Assembly: GCF_004010195.1 (NCBI RefSeq)
Contig: NC_057719.1
Location: 94,012,659-94,076,658 of the forward strand
Direction of reading: 5' to 3'
Source of the DNA: Chiloscyllium plagiosum
Taxonomy: Eukaryota
Length of the DNA stretch: 64,000 nt
Shown: positions 61,475-64,000 of the stretch, piece after piece
Layout: every line of letters begins with the position of its first letter
How positions within the stretch are numbered: the first letter of the stretch is position 1
Program-made: the position numbers and the translations under genes
Notes under the pieces: generated by a model
What the model was told of the DNA's origin: nothing
What the model saw: the letters and a program-made list of their open reading frames with translations, nothing else
The model's database searches: none

Positions 61475-62772
61475 TAGTGTCATAGAGCTGTCCAGTATTG
61501 AAACAGAACCATCTATCCAACTCGTCCCGACTGACCAGATGTCCTACATTCATGCAGTTCCTTTTGCTAGCAGTTGGCCCATATCTCCTTAAACACGTCC
61601 TATTCGTCTGCCTATCCAGATGTCTTTTAAATGTTGTCATTGTACCAGCGTCCATAACTTCCTCTGGTAGCTCACTACATGCACAGCACCCTCTGTTTGA
61701 AAACGTTGCCCCTTAGATCCCTTTTAACTCTTTCCCCTCTCACCTTCAACCTATGCCGTATAGCTTTGGAATGCACTACCCTGGAGAAAAGAAACTTGGC
61801 TATTCACACTATCTATTCCACGTATGACTTTGTAATCCAATAAGATAACCTCTCAACTGCTGAAGCTCCGAGAAAATAACCCCAGCCTATTCAGCATCTC
61901 CATAAATCTCAAAACCTCTAACTCTGGCAATATCTTTGTAAATCATTTCTGAACTATATCAGGTTTCACACATTCTTCCTACATGAGTGATACCTTAATT
62001 GCACGAAGTATTCAAAAGTGGCCTAATTAATGTCCTGTACAGGCACAACGTGACCTCCTAACTCTTATATTCAATACACTGACCAACAAAGGCAAGTACA
62101 CCAAACACCTTCTTCACTAGCCTACATACCTGCGACTCCACTTTCAAAGTAATATGAACCTGCACTCCAAAGTCTTGATGTTTAGCAATACTCCCCACCT
62201 ACTTAACATTAAATGCATACGTAAAGCCATAATTTTCCTTTCCAAAATGCAGCATCTCACAATTATCTAAATTAAACCCCACCCACCACTCCTCAGGTCA
62301 TTGGCTCATCTGATCAAGATCCTGTTGTAATCCGAAGTAACCTTCTTTTCTGTCCACTGCACCTCCAATTTTGGTGGTTTCTATAAACGTAATAACCACA
62401 CCTCCTATGTTCATATCCAAATCATTTATATTAATGATAAATAGCAATGGTTGCAGCAGCGATCTTTGTGGCACGTCACTGGTCACAGGCCTCCAATCTA
62501 AAAAAGCATCCCTCCACCACCGCCCTCTGTCTGCTACCTTCGAGCCAGTTCTGTATCCAAATGGCTAGTTCTCCCTGCATTCCATGAGATCTGACCTTGC
62601 TAACCAGTCTTCCCTGAGGAAGCTTGTTGAACATCTTCCTGAAGTCTACATAAATCACATCCACTGCACATCCAATCCTGTTCGTTGCTCGTTCAAGCAA
62701 AAATAATAAAGTTTGTGAAACATGATTCCCCACGCACAAAGCATGGTCAAAATCCCTAATCAGTCCTTGCCG
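61475..62772 (-). mobile_element. CR1 LINE RT and 3' UTR
   Basis: VDVIYVDFRKMFNKLPQGRLVSKVRSHG, VPQRSLLQPLLFIININDLD, LQQDLDQM. Confidence 0.9.
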
Positions 62773-62775
62773 TAC

Positions 62776-62832
62776 TATATATATATATATATATATGCCC
62801 ACACATACATATATATAAGTACACACACACAC
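62776..62832. repeat. (TA)n/(CA)n microsatellite
   Basis: Direct reading. Confidence 0.9.
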
Positions 62833-63324
62833 ATTCCCTTATACTGGTCCAATGTGGATAGAAATCCTCACCTTATAGATAATAATCTGATGTATACATC
62901 ATTCCCATATGATATCTAAGTTCTACAATACTCCCCATGCTGGGCAGATAGTGCAGTTTACTGAGCAATACAGTAGCATGGCCTCCACAGCTCTCCATGC
63001 TGGGCTGTCATCTTGTCTCAGTTTATGTTGTTTGAAGTGTTCTGTGAAGCAAATTCAGAATATCATGAAACAATGTGTTTCAGCTGATCAGAAAACGTCT
63101 TTATTCAATGTTCTCATCTTTGCAATTTTATTCTCGAAGCGTTCATTCCTCCAATTCGTTCCACTGCCTTGTCTTTTTCTCCATATTTCCACAACATGTT
63201 TGCAGTTGACTAACTGCCTGTTCCTGTCTTTAATGTGAAGCTCTCTGTCCCTCTGTACCTTCCGTGGCCTTGATGTTTGGCTCCATGGAGCATCGAGTGC
63301 TGCATTGTGGAGCTCAGAAACAAT

Positions 63325-63650
63325 GATATGGTGTGTGTCAAGCTATTGTTCACTTCCCGGTGTGTCCCATGTGGTGCTCCATGGACGGCGTGTGTGTGCT
63401 GGGGCTGTTGTTTACCTCCCAGCGTGGCCCATGTGGTGCTCCATGGACGCGGTGTGCGTGCTGGGCTGTTGTTTACCTCCCAGTATGTCCCATGTGGTGC
63501 TCCATGGATAGGGGTGTGTGGGTTATGCTGTTATTCACTTCTCGTTGTGGCCCATGTGGTGCTCCATGGGCAGGAGTGTATGAGTTGGGCTATTGTTCAC
63601 TTCCTGATGTATCCAATGTGGTGCTCCATTGTTGGACAGTGTGTTTCAGC
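63325..63650. repeat. ~62-bp minisatellite, about 5 units
   Basis: catgtggtgctccatgg recurs; ctccat at 63377, 63439, 63500, 63562 and 63624. Confidence 0.92.
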
Positions 63651-64000
63651 AGCTTTGACTCACATCTTTGAAACTTGGTCTGTGCCTGACCAATGAACGT
63701 CTGTGTTTGTTCCTCTCAGCTGATGGCATGGTCTTTAAAATGAGGAATCCCCTTGAGTATTATTGTAAAGGACCTGGTATCTACAATCTCTGACAATACT
63801 CTCATTGTAAAGAACGTTATTTTCTCCTTTTCTTTATAGAGAGATCTTAAAGACCGAACTGCCTGCTGACTCATTTAAATAACTGAGGAGGCCTTTAGGG
63901 TTTTTTAAAATATATAAACAGAGGTAACAATGGCCAGCACGCACAGACCAGGATTTCCAGTCTTTAAGAGCTCTGAAATTCACCAGATGCTTGGGGTCAG

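Noticed and set aside
63277..63696. Cys-rich ORFs or CRISPR-like repeat at the window end
   Set aside because: The spacers are homologous to each other and the 61-62 bp unit shifts frame; this is an ordinary minisatellite.
63760..64000. Possible LTR starting tgtaaag with TATATAAA near 63911
   Set aside because: Truncated by the window end with no partner, PBS or TSD to support it.

Overview
Eukaryotic, very repeat-rich genomic DNA from a cartilaginous fish, most likely a shark (inferred from HE1-like and SacSINE1/Deu-like SINEs and abundant CR1/HER1-type LINEs). No complete protein-coding gene lies in the window, and most ORFs in the track are spurious or decayed transposon frames. The host-gene content is three tandem, diverged copies (~17.5-18 kb apart) of a unit made of upstream region, exon 1 and the start of intron 1 of a GPR139/GPR142-like class A GPCR. 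Exon 1 ends YYxILA..GVP at a phase-1 donor. Copies 1 and 2 carry independent premature stops, copy 3 is open from an internal ATG, and I found no 7TM exon 2 in the window. The rest is nested mobile DNA. It includes many CR1 LINE remnants and at least three Penelope-like element (PLE) families with minimal hammerhead ribozyme motifs. There is also an internally deleted class I ERV (two LTRs, tRNA-Pro PBS, PPT, gag with CCHC knuckle, integrase; no PR/RT/env). A single-ORF LINE has a tRNA+Deu SINE-like head as its 5' end. A 42-bp minisatellite was amplified from the RT motif GCVLSPLLYSLYTH of an adjacent Rex1/Babar LINE. Faint Harbinger remnants are also present. Boundaries of old repeats are approximate and all family names come from recognition by eye, not from database searches.
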